Shown: positions 28,404 through 42,845 of the stretch, piece by piece | Layout of the letters: the number at the start of each line of letters is the position of its first letter | How positions within the stretch are numbered: the first letter of the stretch is position 1 | Assembly (NCBI GenBank): GCA_964016885.1 | Contig: OZ024740.1 | Coordinates: 241,428,001 to 241,492,000 of the forward strand | DNA: 64,000 bases | From: Eledone cirrhosa | Taxonomy: Eukaryota | Direction of reading: 5' to 3' | Notes under the pieces: generated by a model | Seen by the model: the letters and a program-made list of their open reading frames with translations, nothing else | The model's database searches: none | What the model was told of the DNA's origin: nothing | Program-made: the position numbers and the translations under genes

Positions 28404-28544
28404 CAGATGGTTGGCTTATATCTCCTACACCGTGGATGTTGGCGGCACGAATACGGAACTGATAGTTTTGATTGGGATACAATCCTGAAATAGTGGTTGA
28501 ATGAAACCCTGCATTGTTTTGTATAATGCTTTTTATAGGGATAT
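28404..28544 (-). CDS. Cntn: Contactin-like exon, second half of FN3 domain 1 (YIPIKSIIQNNAGFHSTTISGLYPNQNYQFRIRAANIHGVGDISQPS)
   Basis: TAG acceptor, GTAATG donor, 141 nt, phase 1-1. FN3 motif GL.P...Y.FRI.A.N..G.G..S.PS. Confidence 0.92.
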
Positions 28545-28686
28545 CTATAAAGAACAAAGACATTAAAAGTGTATCAAATAAAAATATATAATATATTATA
28601 TTATAATGTATATCGCTTTTAGGGATTATAAAAAAAAAAATACTAAGAATGGAATATTTATACCCAAGCTATTGTATTTATATGGT

Positions 28687-28900
28687 GAAGGCGTGTGGCT
28701 GAGTGGTTAGAGAATTGGATTCGCAATCGTAAGGTTGTGAGTTCGATTCCTGGACCAGGCGATGCGATATGTCCTTGAACAAGACACTTTATTTCACGTT
28801 GCTCCTTCTACGTGGAGTTGCGACCGATAGATAGCAATTGGAAAGACCAACGGAAACATTGTTCCCTCGGTCCGATTTGACGAAAGTCGATCGTTCCTTT
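28687..28900 (+). mobile_element. tRNA-derived CORE-type SINE (family 2)
   Basis: Same A box, B box and CORE-like region as 14174. Followed by a minus-strand family 1 SINE at about 28945-29142. Confidence 0.85.
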
Positions 28901-29229
28901 CGTTCCTTTTATTGTATTTATTCTATTCAATTATTTTCAAAAGAATGGTTTCTGCTTTAAGCACATGAGAGAGAAAGTCGTTTAAATCGACCCCCGTGCG
29001 TTGCTGGTATTTACTTTACCGACTCCGCAAGGATGAAAGGCATAAGCCACCTCGGTTGGATTTGAACTCAGAACTTAAGAGACGTAACTCTATACTGCAA
29101 CGCATGATATCCGACGCTCTACCGACACTGGCTATCCACCGCAGTCAATTATTTTCACAATAATAAAACATAATATTATACTTGCGACTTCAATTATAAT
29201 TGCAAGTATATGTATGTATATTCTTTCCT

Positions 29230-30440
29230 GAGGCATACTAACCACATGTCTGTAATATCGAAGCTGTGATCTCACAATTCGGAGAATCAACGGTTTTACC
29301 TAGAGTAGCTCCTTGAGCTACTCATTCTCTCGGGTAACGTTATTCCAAAGATCACACGGAGGAACATCATTGCGGTCGCTTGTATTCGCCAACATATTCT
29401 TTCGGTTATTACCCAAAATTCATGACCATAGGTAATAGTTGGCAAGAATACCAAATTGAATATAGCTAGTTTGATTTTTACATCTCCTTTCTTCTGATGA
29501 CCCAATGCTAAAGCTGGCGCATTACTGTATCAGCTCTTCCAATTCTTGCACATAATACAGACCCCTTCCCTCCGTCACAGGTGCAAACAGCTCCAAGATA
29601 TTTGAAATTCTCCATGTTTCCTAGGAACCCTATTGACATTTAGAGTGCACTGCGCAGGTTTCTTTGAGAGGTCGAGTATCTTAAAACTGATTTTCATTCC
29701 TTCCATGCAGCACTTGGCTTCAAATCTCTCAACGAATGTTGGAGATCACCTTCTGATGATTCAAATAGTATCATGTCCTCCGCATATTCCAGCCGATTGA
29801 CCCTACACGCACTTGTCATGACACCACTTTGAACCCGGCTACACATGTTAATTCTGTTCATGAAGATTATGAACAGGAGAAATGACAGTATGCAGCCCCT
29901 CGCGGAATCCGACACCCACATTGAATGGTTTCGACATAACACCATTTAGGCTATTCGTATAGAGACAGGACCACAATAAGGTGTTCATTGACCCCATTCA
30001 CGGAAGGTAGTCATATGCTTTTTCGAGGTCTACGAAACAAGTATACACTTCTTGGCATTAACCTCACGATAGTATGCCGCAGTTTGAATATTTGGTCGGT
30101 TTTGCTGCGTCCGGGTAAAAGCATACACTGTTTATCAGCTAGTTAGGATTCGACAATATTCCTATATCTCTTTGCCAGACACTTAGCATAGAATTTACCG
30201 GAGAGGCTTAATAAGGAGATCCCTATATAACTAGATTAGTCTATCTTTCCCTTCTTTTGGAAAATTGAGATTATCATTCCCGATTTCCATTGCTTAGGGG
30301 TCTTTCCAGAGATCCCGTCAACTCGGAATACATTCTCTAAAGCTTTGAACATTATAGGCCAAATGTTATCTCCCCAGAGGCCTTGTCACATTTGAACTCT
30401 TTAATTTCTCTGGTGACCTCAGCCTCCGACAAGTCAATCA
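29230..30440 (-). mobile_element. Degraded RTE-type LINE RT fragment
   Basis: FVDLEKAYD, GCILSFLLFIIFM, EYAEDMIL (decayed YADD) and LPTITYGHEFW, spread over shifting frames. Confidence 0.8.
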
Positions 30441-31642
30441 TCGCTCCCAAATGCATCTCATGTGCATCAGGATAAGTTGTAGTGTCCGTGTTTCGGGGAC
30501 CAGCAAAGTATTCTCTCTACTTCGCGGAGATTCACCTCTCTTGGGTGGAAATATTCTAATGCCAGTTAATATGACACAAACCACAAACCTCACAGCTACG
30601 TTTCTATTAACTCATCGACTCGACCTCGCTTAATCTTGTTCAATGTTGATATATTACGTATATACTCGGTAAAATAATATGTTTCTGGATACAGAAGCTT
30701 GAATGTAGAATTTGGGTATATACTAAATTGATACATAATGAAAGTAGAAACAACTCCGCTGATGAGAACATTTGCTACTTTCCTAATATTCGTTATATAT
30801 TATGTCTTTCTGTTTATATCCTTTCTATACAAGATCCATATATATTTTCATTATATATAAATACAAGCTTAGTGGATTGGCGGAAAGGTTAGAGAGCCGA
30901 ATAAATTGCCTTGCGCTATTTAGTAAAAAACCTTTACATTGTCAGTTAAAATTCCCCTGACAATACACTGTTGTTCATAAATCAACTTTACCGTCCACAT
31001 ATGTGTAACCTGTGCCAAATTTAGAAATGAACGTAACGTTTGTGTATAACATTGGAGCGAACGGTAGATAACACCCGCCCACACACAAAAAAACAATACA
31101 TATGCCTCCTAGTATTAAGTTTTTACACTTTGAATTCAGAACCCCCCGAGGCCGAATTTGGCTATCACAAGTTCATAAGTGACTATATAAATACCAGTCC
31201 AGTACTGGTAAATTTATTCCATCCTGTTCTCTTACCATATTCGGCTTAGAAATGATTGTATAACACTGTTAAGACGAGCACAAACAGGGAAGAAAATATT
31301 CTCACACTGGTCCGAATGCTTTCAACAGACTCGACTTTGCCGAAGCCACTCAAGAGCAACAAAAAGGTGATGCATTAAATTTACCAGCCATGCAGGCCAT
31401 TTGGGAATGTACCGGAACAAATATAAAAAGGCATCTCGTCTGACTCTCTAACAATTCTGTCTATCTACTACCGAGAGCTGGTATTTTATTTATCGATCCC
31501 GAAAAGATGAAAGGCAAAGTTGACCTCGGTGGTATTTGAAAGCAGGGCACAGCGAGTCAGCACATTTACCACAGGTCATTTTGTGCTACATTCTAACAAT
31601 TATGCCAGTCTCTCGTAACAGTATACAATTTAAAGAACTTAC

Positions 31643-31807
31643 ATTTTGCTTGAATTTTCCAATCTGGTTGGTCAATCGAATGGCTATATATTATATAACG
31701 ACTAATTGGAAAACCATTGTTTGGTGGAGGAACCCATTTCAATTGAAGAGATGACCTTCCAATGCTATTAATATATGTAGCTAAGCCTGATGCTTCTCCT
31801 GGAGGAC
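31643..31807 (-). CDS. Cntn: Contactin-like exon, first half of FN3 domain 1 (GPPGEASGLATYINSIGRSSLQLKWVPPPNNGFPISRYIIYSHSIDQPDWKIQAK)
   Basis: CAG acceptor, GTAAGT donor, 165 nt, phase 1-1. FN3 signature L.W.PP.NNG.PI..Y.I. Confidence 0.92.
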
Positions 31808-31860
31808 CTGGAAGAAGAAAAATCATTTGAATATGATTTCTTCACATAAAACAATATACA

Positions 31861-32014
31861 TACGAGGGTAGGCTGAAAAGTTTCTAGGCTAACCATGAAG
31901 GAGTGATCTAGTGCTGTGAAATCTTGGAAGCAATAATTTCAACTTAATAACTGCATTGTTTCTTTCCATGGGAATATCTTGGTCAGCCTATGAACTTTTC
32001 AGTCGAGCCTCATA
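31861..32014. mobile_element. Tc1/mariner-type MITE
   Basis: TIRs tacgagggtaggctgaaaagtttctaggctaacca and tggtcagcctatgaacttttcagtcgagcctcata, with TA ends. About 50 bp from an exon acceptor. Confidence 0.75.
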
Positions 32015-32550
32015 AAGCAGAATGTATTGTTGAGTAAATCGACCATATTACAATAATCATTTCTTATTAATGACACAATATCCCGCTGAGGTTAACTTTG
32101 CCTTTCATCCTTACGGAGTCGATAAAATAAAGCACCAGTAATGCACTGGGGTCGATTTAATCGACTTTCCCCTCCCCCAAAATTACTGGCCTTGTGCCTA
32201 TATAAGAAACCATTAATGACACAATATCATGGTGTTTGGAAGTGAACAGCAAAATTGAATAAGATTTCATGTCTATCAACTAACATGTTTAATATAAATA
32301 AGACCAAGACTGCTCATCTAACCTACTTACACACAACACACGAATCCCTACCAAAATACCTATTCTTTTGGTTTTGTCACATATAGTGTCTAGTGTCAAT
32401 GTCTGGCATTAACAACCCCGTCCTAAACCTTCCTTTCCAGAGCGTCAACCCTATGGGATTCGCTTCCCGTTCACATTAGACTTGTACTCATACACCATTC
32501 CAATCTCATTACACTCGGTTGGCTTTATTGGTGTGTATTTTGTTGAATTG

Positions 32551-32660
<110 letters not shown>

Positions 32661-32807
32661 GCTACAGTAGAATCAATCTCACTCCATTCTTGTGAATCAT
32701 GGTCGGTGACAGTACCTATCACCAGAGCTGTAGATGGTTGCTAAACTCAAATGTTAAGAAGGATAAACATCATCAAACCTCTTGACCGTGTTACAAACAA
32801 AATTTTA

Positions 32808-32840
<33 letters not shown>

Positions 32841-32841
32841 G

Positions 32842-32924
<83 letters not shown>

Positions 32925-32930
<6 letters not shown>

Positions 32931-33157
32931 TAAAATAACCGATTAAAGTTTAAGCAAAGAATCACTGCTTTCACCCTTAACGGGATGTTCTGAAACTAAC
33001 AGAAGATCCCGTTAAGGGTGAAAGCAGCAATTCTTTGCTTAAACTTTAATCTGTTATTTTAATAAATATTTGCTCTACGGTTCTTATATATTTGATATAT
33101 ATTTATCCTTATCGAGCCCTCTTTGGATTTTAGTCTTCAAATTTATTATTACTACTA
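32925..33157. mobile_element. Short fold-back element in (TA)n (family C). Related copies at 8949-9043, 38877-38975, 40545-40614 and 58705-58840
   Basis: About 65-bp inverted arms around aaactaa. Shares gaaagcagc...ttaaactttaatctgttattttaataaatatttgctctacgg with the other copies. Confidence 0.75.
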
Positions 33158-34727
33158 TATATATATATATATTATTGAGCTGATGAAAGTTGGTTAATTA
33201 AACATATGCCGACTTTTTCGTAAACAGACTTGAAGCACTCAGTGGTTTCTGTTCCTTAGGAATTTCTCTGTAATGCATCGTCCAGAGTTTTAACATAATA
33301 AATAAGGAAAGGTTTATTCGTACATCTTCATTTTATTATCTAATTCATTATACGTATTTCAAAGATGCAATGGTAGTTATTTAATTGTTTCTACTTTTGG
33401 CACAAGGCCAGCAATTACCCAGTACATTACTGGTACTTTATTTTATCGACCTGACATGTTTTCTTCACATGAATTGATATGTAATTTATCCATTGATATG
33501 CTACTGGTTTAATGTGTCGTTACCCTCACTGTCCAGTACTCATGGGACTAGATTCCTTTTGTAGCAGTTCTATTTGGAGTGAGAGACATTATTGTTGCTG
33601 GTGTTGGTGATAGAAAGCTGGCTGGGGTATCAAGTTACCAGAGTGATCGTTTGATTCTTAGAATGGCTTGAAAGTACTGTTCATTTTTTTTTTATTCTGG
33701 ACTTAATTTTATGTACTTAGATTTCAATTGAAGGTATTAATAATTTGATAGTAAGGTTACAATGAATCTATATATTTATATATGCTTTATTACTTAGTTA
33801 ATGGTCGATTTTATATTACTTATGGAAATTTTAACTATATATTCTGCGGAATGTCTTATATATTTTGTGTAAGCATGTATTAAGTATGTCCGAGCGTTTA
33901 CTATTAATTTTGTGGCTACTATTTATAATATGCAAAGTCTCGTTATTACGGATGTCACACTCGGAAGATATAGATCTATTTATATAAATAAAAGCATATG
34001 AAAGTTTTAACCAAGAAAGAAAGTATTGTACTTAGTTATTTTTTAACGTCTAAAACAGTTCCGACAGGGCTGTGTTAGACCATTTATCAACTCTTTTAAA
34101 GGTGAGGCGATGGTTATACTATCTTTCCTTAAAGCTTGTAGAGGTTGCACCAATATATCTATATGTTTTAATACTCGTTGTTACTCTACATTCATAAACA
34201 ATGTTTCGATCAATTATTTTGCATAGAACATATGTTAGGGACTCAGCAATTGCAATTAGTCTCGTTACTGTTCGTTGTTTCTTCCCCGTGTCTGTGTGTC
34301 TGTTGGTTTGTCTCATTTGTCTTTATGATGTTTTGTCTATTAATCGCGTTGTTATTTATCCCATCAGTGTTTTCTTGCTATTGTGTGTTTTTTTCTTTAT
34401 TGCTAATTTCTATTATTAATCTTCGCTATGTTTTGTGCTATGTTTTTGGTTGTTGAGTAAGAGAGTTTAATCCTGTGTCGATTAAATATTCCAATGCACA
34501 TGTGTGATTTTGGAAACCATTTATCTAACGCGTTAAAGAAAAGTCTAGCTATGTTGTTTTGTTGTCCCAAGGAGTGGGGTAGGTTATACCATATAACGGA
34601 ACGGGATGTCACCATCTTATTTAATTTTATGATGGTAGTTCAATGAGATGTATTGAATGCCGAATTTATCCTGTCTCAATTGTTTTGGATGTGGGTATTC
34701 CTATTATTATTATTAACAGTAATTTAG

Positions 34728-34948
34728 GGCGGTGGATTGGCAGAATCGGTAGAGCCTCGAATACCCTGCTTCGCGGCAGAGAGTTACGTCCCTTTACGTT
34801 CTGAGTTCAAATCCCGTCGAGGTTAACTTTGCCTTTCATCCTTACGGGATCAATAAAATAAAGTACCAGTCATGCACTGATGTCGATTTAATTAACTTTC
34901 CCCACCCCCAAAATTGGTGACCTTGTGCCTAATTCAGAAACCATTATT
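34728..34948 (+). mobile_element. Full-length SINE family 1 copy. Further copies at about 13750, 26845, 31480, 32080, 44628, 57683 and 58400
   Basis: Head ggcggtggattggcagaatcggtagagc with A box, B box gttcaaatcc, body gcctttcatccttacggg...aaaataaagtaccag, (att)n tail. Confidence 0.9.
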
Positions 34949-35154
34949 ATCAGTATTTTCAAGCCATTCTAAGAAACAGACAACCAGTCTGGTAACTTGA
35001 TACCCCAGCCGGCTTTCAATCACCAACACCAGCAACAATACTATCTCCCACTCCCAATAGAACTACTTCAATAGGAATTTAGTCATATGAGTACTGGACA
35101 GTGAGGTTAACGACACGTTAAACCAGTAGCATATCAATAGAAAAATACAGCTCG

Positions 35155-35304
35155 ATTCATCTGAAGAAAACATGTCAGGTGGTTATCCATACGTGGTTAG
35201 TAAAATAAAGTACCAGTAATACACTGGGAAAATTGCTGGCCTTGTGCCAAAAGTAGAAACCATTATATAACTACCATTGCATCTTTGAAATACGTATAAT
35301 GATT
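35155..35304 (+). ncRNA. Hammerhead ribozyme with a SINE fragment in loop II
   Basis: Stem I attcat/atgatt. CTGAAGA 35161-35167. Stem II aaacatg/catcttt. GAAA 35287-35290. Palindromic stem III atacgtat. AUA site. Confidence 0.65.
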
Positions 35305-35451
35305 TAGATAATAAAATGAAGATTTACAAGATTTACAGATAACTATGTGTATACTCTGTATACTCTGGGAATGTATCTTACATTGCCCATGGAGTACGCT
35401 GAGATACAATTGGTCCCGGCATTGATAAATATGGTGGGTCCGTCAACTCCT

Positions 35452-35513
<62 letters not shown>

Positions 35514-35570
35514 CTAAATAATTCTGTAGCCTACATAGAGCACTCTCCTTTCCTTTACCTTTCCTACGGA

Positions 35571-36405
<835 letters not shown>

Positions 36406-37402
36406 GTTAGTCCTTCGTATAAAGACAAGATATCTCATGATGCAATGCCATGTCTCTAGATACCATACCGAATAGTTAAATAACTAAAAGATTTAAGAAG
36501 TTTACACATATTCATCAAAATTAGTATTTGTAAGCAGTAATCTTTTAACAAGTGCACCTCTAAAAAGAATTGCAAGATATGCACCACAAACTAACATATC
36601 AACTTCAATTTATATACTGTGTATGGTGGCAAGAAGTATCGTGCGTAAACCTCCCCGAAATTTAGAAAGGAGAGAAAGTTTAGAGGACTTTAGCTACAGC
36701 GAAACTAAATATACCCGTGTTTTATTAACATGCACTAGATAAACACTAGATAACACGGCACAATGTGACAGAATCAGGTTGGAATTTAAATCCAACTAGG
36801 GTAGATTTTGTCACTCATCTTTTCGGAATAAATGCAATAAATATTAGATTCGAAATGCAAACACACGTAACTAAATATTACAAAGCGATTTCCCCAGCAT
36901 TCCACGGATTTTGCTTGCTGCTCATCAACCGGTTATTAGAGATAGTATAGCTTAAGATTTGTCTAAAATTCAGGTATTCTGAGGTGATAGAGGAGTTGCT
37001 GCGCTTCAACAACCAATTTAGTTTAAATACAACGAAGTGATATAATTGACAATGATATTGACCTGTAAAAGTTTAATTAAGTTCTTAATGAAAATATGTC
37101 AACTTCATGTAATTTCAAACTTAATATGTAATATATCGAATTTCAAATTCTCATATTAGTAAAAGCTGAGAACAGCAAATATACGTAATATTATTTAGGA
37201 AGAAGACATCAAGCAGAAAATGAGAGTCATAATTTAGTTAAAGTCATGCGTACTATAAAGCTAAAGAGATCAGAACACTATTCAGAACACAGCATTCTCT
37301 GAAGTCGAGATATATTCCATCCCAGCTTGCCTCTATCAGATGGTTCATTAACGTTAGTGGGTTAATATACTCGACATAATTTACATGCAAATCAGATATA
37401 TG

Positions 37403-37955
37403 TAATAATTGTTTCTACTTTTGGCACAACGAGAGTAAATCGATTAAATGGACATCAGTGCATTATTGGTACTTAATTTTATTAATCCCCGGAAAGATAA
37501 AAGGTAAAATGAACCTCGGTGGGATTTGAACTCAGAACATACTTTATTTTATTGGCCCCGTAAGGATGAAAGGCAAAGTAAAACCTTGGCGTTATTTGAA
37601 CTCATTATTACAAATCCCGCCGAGGTTGACTTTGCCTTTCATCCTTACGGGGTCGATAAAATAAAGTACCAGTAATGCACTGGTTAATTGCTGGCCTTGT
37701 GCCTAAAGAAGAAACAATTATTACAAGATGTAATTATTACAAGATGCAATTATTACAAGATGTAATAATTGTTTCTACATTTGGCACAAGGCCAGTAATT
37801 ATCCCAGTGTATTACTGGTACTTTATTTTATCGACCCCGTAAGGATGAAAGACAAAGTTAACCTCGGCGGGATTTGAACTCAGACCATAAAGAGCCGTAA
37901 CTCTATGCTGCAAAGTATGGCGTCCGACCCTATACCGATACTGCCAATCCACCGT
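37403..37955. mobile_element. Cluster of SINE family 1 copies including a tail-to-tail inverted pair (37610-37720 + and 37765-37955 -)
   Basis: Body motif on both strands. A 16-bp unit (ttattacaagatg(t/c)aa) is repeated about three times between the tails. Confidence 0.85.
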
Positions 37956-38305
37956 GAAATGTACAGCGTGGTGAACTCAGCGCCAAAATCTATATAATCA
38001 TTATAAATTACTTAACATGACATAAATATAACTTGTAAAAAAGGTATTTCTACACTTACTATTCAACAAAACACTGCACTGTTCTAAAGAGTGCGATCGT
38101 ATGCTTTCAATATCTGCTCCAAAGAACGGCAAGATAAAAGGATCATTTAAGAATTCAGACTAAATTCATTTAAGAAAACCATATTTATTTTATTATACGG
38201 TGTATTAGGACAATGGGATTGATGAGTTAATATCTGTATCCAAATACGATAAACAAATACAACAACAGCAATAAATTAAGGCGACAAAAAAATTGTTATA
38301 CTCAT

Positions 38306-38432
38306 CTTTAACTTGAAGAAATGCACCTGCTTTAATTATGTTGATAGGACTTTTAACAGTGCAAATATAATACCCAGAATGTACAAAATTGGCATCCCTT
38401 ATTACGAGGCCACCAACTGGATCTTCTGTAGA
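38306..38432 (-). CDS. Cntn: Contactin-like gene, exon encoding the C-terminal half of the last Ig domain (STEDPVGGLVIRDANFVHSGYYICTVKSPINIIKAGAFLQVK)
   Basis: Polypyrimidine tract and TAG acceptor. Ig motif L.I......SG.Y.C and G-strand AFLQV. 127 nt, phase 0 to 1, joining the next exon to give VKGPPG. The donor is non-canonical (G|ATGAGT). Confidence 0.85.
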
Positions 38433-39028
38433 CTAAGTATAATGAAAGAAAGAAGTATTTTTAACAACGGCCAGCAAATCTCTTTCAGATGTTCATAAAA
38501 CAATGTCTTATAATTGTATAAATTGTTTTATTGTTCTAAATCCGCTAATTAACAACAGTTTTAAACTGATAGAAAAATTGCTTGAAATGTACAAATATAT
38601 GCGTATATGTATATATGTGCAAGTGTGCGCGCGTTTGTGTGTTTGCCTGTATTATATATATATATATATAGATTTTGAGTATATGTTGGTTGTATACCAA
38701 CACCCCAGTATGCAGCTGGAACACTCGACGAAGTGCGCAGGTTGATTTGGTTACTCCGGAGTAATGTAAAATAAAGTAAAATAAAAAGTCAAATGTTTAA
38801 AATTTAGCTTCGTTTATTACTGCTATATATATTTCGGTGACAGCCATCTATATATATATATATCCACATATATATAGTAATAATAATAAATTTGAAGACT
38901 AAAATCCAAAGAAGGCTCGATAAAGATAAATATATATCAAATATATAAGAACCGTAGAGCAAATATTTATTAAAATATTTTAATAAATATACATATTATT
39001 TTAATAAATATACATGTTATTTTAATAA

Positions 39029-39136
<108 letters not shown>

Positions 39137-39240
39137 ACGTATGTGTATGTCTGTGTGTGTATCCCGGGTTCAATTGGGCAATCGGGGGTAACCACAGTAC
39201 GTAAGGTACTCAATAGCAGAGTTTAATATTTGATATAGAA

Positions 39241-39400
39241 ATGGCTTCTATAGGACTAGAACTGTTTCATTCGGAAATCATCAGGAAAGCCGACCGTCAA
39301 TGTGTAATAAAATAATAAAAACCACCATAACACATTGACAATCGGCTTTCCTGATGATTTCCTTCGAATGAAACAGTTTTTTGTCCTGTATAAGACATTT
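39241..39400. ncRNA. Fold-back element with a hammerhead-like core on both strands
   Basis: CTGATGA-tttcc(ttc)gaat-GAAAC...GTC at 39351-39385 (+) and 39253-39284 (-). Stems are imperfect. Confidence 0.5.
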
Positions 39401-39483
39401 CTAAATTAAACATATATATATATATAAAACTTAAATTTAAGGAGCTTGATCAACACACACACATACACACACCCACACACACC

Positions 39484-39515
<32 letters not shown>

Positions 39516-40736
39516 GACATGAATCAACATTGTTGCCTCTGATCGAGACAAAGCTGTTTTAACGGCTGTTCTAGCAATAAATTTTCTCCTTTTTATATGA
39601 ATTCAAATGTAATCTCGCTTCGTCTCGATCGGAGATAACAGTGTTTATTCATTTAATTTTATCATAGCTATGATTAGCTTTCTATTTAGGACAAACACCA
39701 CAGTCCATTATCCCGTTATTTTATTTTCGTCTTCTTTCATCCTTCTATATGTACTGCTTGTTTTATCACACACACATCATACCAGCAGAAAGCTTTGTTT
39801 TCTGTTGCATCATCCAGCGTTTTAAAATGGTACTCTCAATTAAACCATGCGAAATCTTTTTGCTGGTTTGAGAGCTGATGAGGGTAAAGATGTGTGAACT
39901 TGTTTTGTACATCGTCACTTCTTGTCCCACTCCTCTTTCAATCTGCTCTATATTTCATATGTCTGTCACCCACCTAGTGGATTATCTGTCTGTCGAGCAC
40001 TGGCACGTTTCTGTGTTTGCCCATCGCTGTCATTGACAGCATTTGGCTGTTTTAACGGCTGTTCTAATGATGAGTTTTCTAATTTTTTGTGAGTTGGATG
40101 CGTGTATGTATATATTTAATTTCATTTACCTCTGTATTTAATTTACTTTACTCTTAACTCTGAAGCTGAGAATCATTCGGTTTCCTAAATAGAATTTTCG
40201 TCTAAGACTTCAGTTATACCATTTACGTGGTTTTGTCTTTGCGTGTAATTGTTCTCTCGACCCTCATAATGACGTATTATCTTCGTTTTTTTCCGTTCAT
40301 TGCCAGAGAACGTCTCCATGAATCACCTAATAGAATATTAGTCTACGACTTCATTTAATCCATAAACCTGGTTTTGTCTTTGCGTGTAATTGTTTTCACC
40401 GCACCAAATAATGACGTATTATCTTCGTTTTTTTCCGTTCTTTGCCAGGGAACGTTTCCACGAACCAAAGTATCGTCTTCCTGTCTTCCTTCGGTTGCAA
40501 CGTTTTTTTGAAATATTTACTTCTGCGTTCACAGATTGACTTTTTTAGTTTCAGAAGATCCCGTTAAGGGTGAAAGCAGCGATTTCTTGCTTAAACTTTA
40601 ATCTGTTATTTTAATATATATATATATTTCTCATTGTAGCGCCGAAATGTTAACACCCTCTTCCTGCTATATCGAGCGTTAACCTAATATATCCCTTCCA
40701 TATACTGTAACGATTGTGTTGTTGTTTCTGTTTACC

Positions 40737-40895
<159 letters not shown>

Positions 40896-40994
40896 GGATA
40901 AATGGTAACGATATGCAAATTAGGCTACTCAGCCGTTAATATGCATAAGGAAAGTATAAACTGTCAAACGTACAATCATCTGACAGGAAGGTAT

Positions 40995-41037
40995 ACGGTG
41001 CTGATGACAGCTAATAAGCTAGAAACTAGTTCATCGT
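40995..41037 (+). ncRNA. Minimal type I hammerhead ribozyme (family B) in a ~310-bp repeat unit (40915-41225)
   Basis: Stem I acggtg/catcgt. CTGATGA. Stem II agct-aata-agct. GAAA. Palindromic stem III ACTAGT. GUU site. Confidence 0.85.
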
Positions 41038-41324
41038 TCCTTTGTCAGTGTTGAACAAAATGGCAACGATGGTTGCCGAACACTGTACGGCTAATAATTC
41101 GGGCTGTTTGTTTACCAGAAAACCGAGCATTATAATAAATGTTCGGTAAACACATACGTACATATATATGTGTGTGCATGTATGTATGTATATACATACT
41201 ACTGTACGTCTGTATACATATATGAATGTACGTATACATACTTGTATTTATATATATATATATACACACATATATATATATATACACATATATATACACA
41301 CACACACATATATATATATAGAGA

Positions 41325-41367
<43 letters not shown>

Positions 41368-41557
41368 TGTAGGACAAAATAATGAGGGATACAAAATAAC
41401 AAATTAGTCACTGAGGCGAACTAGCTTTGGCAACACATAATCAACCATCCTGTCATTAAACCAACCAACTAGATATTCGTAATAAATTGAAATGAAAATC
41501 AACAGGTGCATGTGTTTCCATTAGCAGCACAACTCTCCCAAAGTATAACAACACACA

Positions 41558-41635
<78 letters not shown>

Positions 41636-41636
41636 G

Positions 41637-41718
<82 letters not shown>

Positions 41719-41720
41719 CG

Positions 41721-41752
<32 letters not shown>

Positions 41753-41754
41753 CA

Positions 41755-41785
<31 letters not shown>

Positions 41786-41883
41786 ATATACAATACAATA
41801 TATATATACAATATGTATATATATATATATATATACAATATATATATATATACAATATGTATATATATATACAATATATATAT

Positions 41884-42466
41884 ATACAAGGTTTTTTTTT
41901 TTATAAATGTAATTTGATTGGTTATAAATGAAATTATGGTTGTCACGTGAACAAGTTCATTAAATTTTGCGCCCGTATTTGCGAATTTATTTTGTAGCTT
42001 TTTAGAGAATTTTATGATAAACATAAGATAATGATCAAGAGAAATGGGATGGGAGAATTGTTTTGGTTCAGTGAATATAGCAGGTTGTTTTTTCATATAT
42101 GAGTGAAGTTTGGTTGGTTGATGTAGTCACGTGACTAAGTATATCAGCTTTCGCGTAAGTTTGTTTGAATTTCTTTTTACTTTAAAAAAAGTGGCTCACG
42201 AAGGCTTTTTTTAATAAATATAATTTGATTGGTTATAAATGAAATTATGACTGTCACGTGAACAAATTCATTAAATTTCGCGCCCGTATTTGCGAATTTA
42301 TTTTGTAGCCTTTTAGAGAATTTTATGACAAGCAAAAGATAATGGTCAAGAGAAATGGAATGGGAGAATTGGTCTGGTTCAGTGAATATGGTAGGTTCGC
42401 TGGGGTGTCAGAATTCAGGTTTTCTATTGAAATAAATAAAGTAAAGATATGTATGTTTATTTGTGT

Positions 42467-42523
<57 letters not shown>

Positions 42524-42806
42524 GGAAGATGATTTTATTACTAGAAATGCGGGAGGGAGTTGTGTGTGTGTGTATGTGGGTGTTATGTGTGTGTGTGTGA
42601 GTGTGGGGGGGGGGGGGGTATGTTAAGATGGAAAGAATATATATATTTTGTGTGTGTGTATATATGTGTAGGAAAGTGATTCTATTAGTAGAAATGGGAG
42701 AGGGAGTTGTGTGTGTGGGGTAGGGGGAGGGTGTTATGTATGTGTATGGGTGTTATGTGTGTGGGGGAGTATGGTTAGCATGTTAAGATGAAGAGAATAT
42801 ATATAT

Positions 42807-42845
<39 letters not shown>

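Larger units (their letters stand above)
33320..35325 (-). mobile_element. Degraded Penelope-like element (Nematis-like) between about 360-bp inverted arms (33320-33680 and 34950-35325)
   Basis: RSVIWYNLPHS...FFNALDKWFP...IFN...KLSYS and NIVYECRV...YIGATSTSFKER. The arms are reverse complements. Confidence 0.8.

Noticed and set aside
36890-37062. ttttacag followed by GQYHCQ, resembling an Ig motif
   Set aside because: The rest is not Ig-like, and the flanking exons already join as VKGPPG.
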